From the NCBI GenBank assembly GCA_019308995.1, contig JAFDHD010000006.1, positions 5,221 to 69,220 on the forward strand: a DNA stretch of 64,000 nt, read 5' to 3'. Below are positions 63,804 through 64,000 of this stretch, one piece after another; position 1 is the stretch's first letter, and the number at the start of each line of letters is the position of its first letter. The DNA comes from Deltaproteobacteria bacterium. Lineage in GTDB: Bacteria; Desulfobacterota; Desulfarculia; Adiutricales; JAFDHD01. Both the position numbers and the translations under genes were made by a program. The notes beneath the pieces were generated by a model. That model did no database searches. It was not told the DNA's origin and was given only the letters and a program-made list of their open reading frames with translations.

Positions 63804-64000
63804 CTAATCGAGAGTTTTATGATAATTTTATTAACCTATCCTTTTAAAATAGATGATTAACGGGAAGTTTGAGATCTCCTCAAATTTACCTGGGTTAAAA
63901 AGATAAGTATCTTGTTACTGCTTTGAGCCGGTTTATTCTGATCCTGCAACTGCAAGACCAATGATGGCAGCCGCTGCGGCAGGAAGGAGGGGAATATCAT

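Noticed and set aside
63933-64000. Possible 3' end of a minus-strand membrane-protein gene (…DIPLLPAAAAAIIGLAVAGSE-stop) running off the window, and a weak 9-bp hairpin at 63865-63887.
   Set aside because: Only about 22 codons are visible, too little to support a CDS call. The hairpin is AT-rich with a G-U pair and has no clear U-tract.
1-64000. Scan for tRNA/rRNA genes, CRISPR repeat arrays, IS elements, transposases and integrases.
   Set aside because: I noticed no T-arm-like (GGTTCGAATCC-type) motifs, no regularly spaced direct repeats, and no transposase or integrase-like ORFs. The only mobile-element-related trace is the decayed ORF6N gene.

Overview
Chromosomal segment of a diderm (Gram-negative) bacterium. 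Gene content (LpxI instead of LpxH, an isolated pilC-pilS pair, PilZ/HD-GYP genes, DUF4416-yicC-remA-gmk, a PxxKW-type cysteine-rich protein) suggests a Desulfobacterota/deltaproteobacterial-type anaerobe; this is inference only. Nearly everything from nt 2 to 42925 is on the plus strand. The order is dxs-tlyA, pilC plus a PilS-like kinase, lysS, then a roughly 30-kb outer-membrane/LPS supercluster: lolCE-lolD, bamA-skp-lpxD-fabZ-lpxA-lpxI-oxidoreductase-lpxB-msbA-PAP2-lptF-lptG, a decayed ORF6N gene, a radical SAM plus second PAP2 insert, waaA-lpxK-GT9-gmhB-GT9-trm112, a deacetylase, several glycosyltransferases, a low-GC two-gene islet, a heptose kinase and ugd. Next come DUF4416-yicC-(tandem remA)-gmk, rlmB and a nitroreductase. 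A minus-strand block (42960-52651) holds a CbbQ/NorQ-type AAA+ ATPase with a 1025-aa VWA partner, yggS, two tandem HD-GYP paralogs, a PilZ protein, maf and tatD. The right end (52969-64000) is more accessory: a dGTPase-like HD protein, a hybrid kinase with a pseudo-receiver, an exported hypothetical, DUF362, a HemL-like aminotransferase, a beta-class DNA methyltransferase with a nuclease-like tail, and an unknown membrane protein. I saw no rRNA, tRNA, CRISPR array, transposase or integrase. The most unusual items are an internally duplicated two-domain RemA, an orphan CbbQ/VWA pair with an N-terminal repeat array, a radical SAM/PAP2 insert in the LPS operon, a sigma-54-type promoter driving a 49-codon membrane mini-ORF, an extra N-terminal domain on BamA, and a tightly packaged PxxKW cysteine-rich gene. 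All functional calls rest on reading motifs in the supplied translations; no database search was possible.
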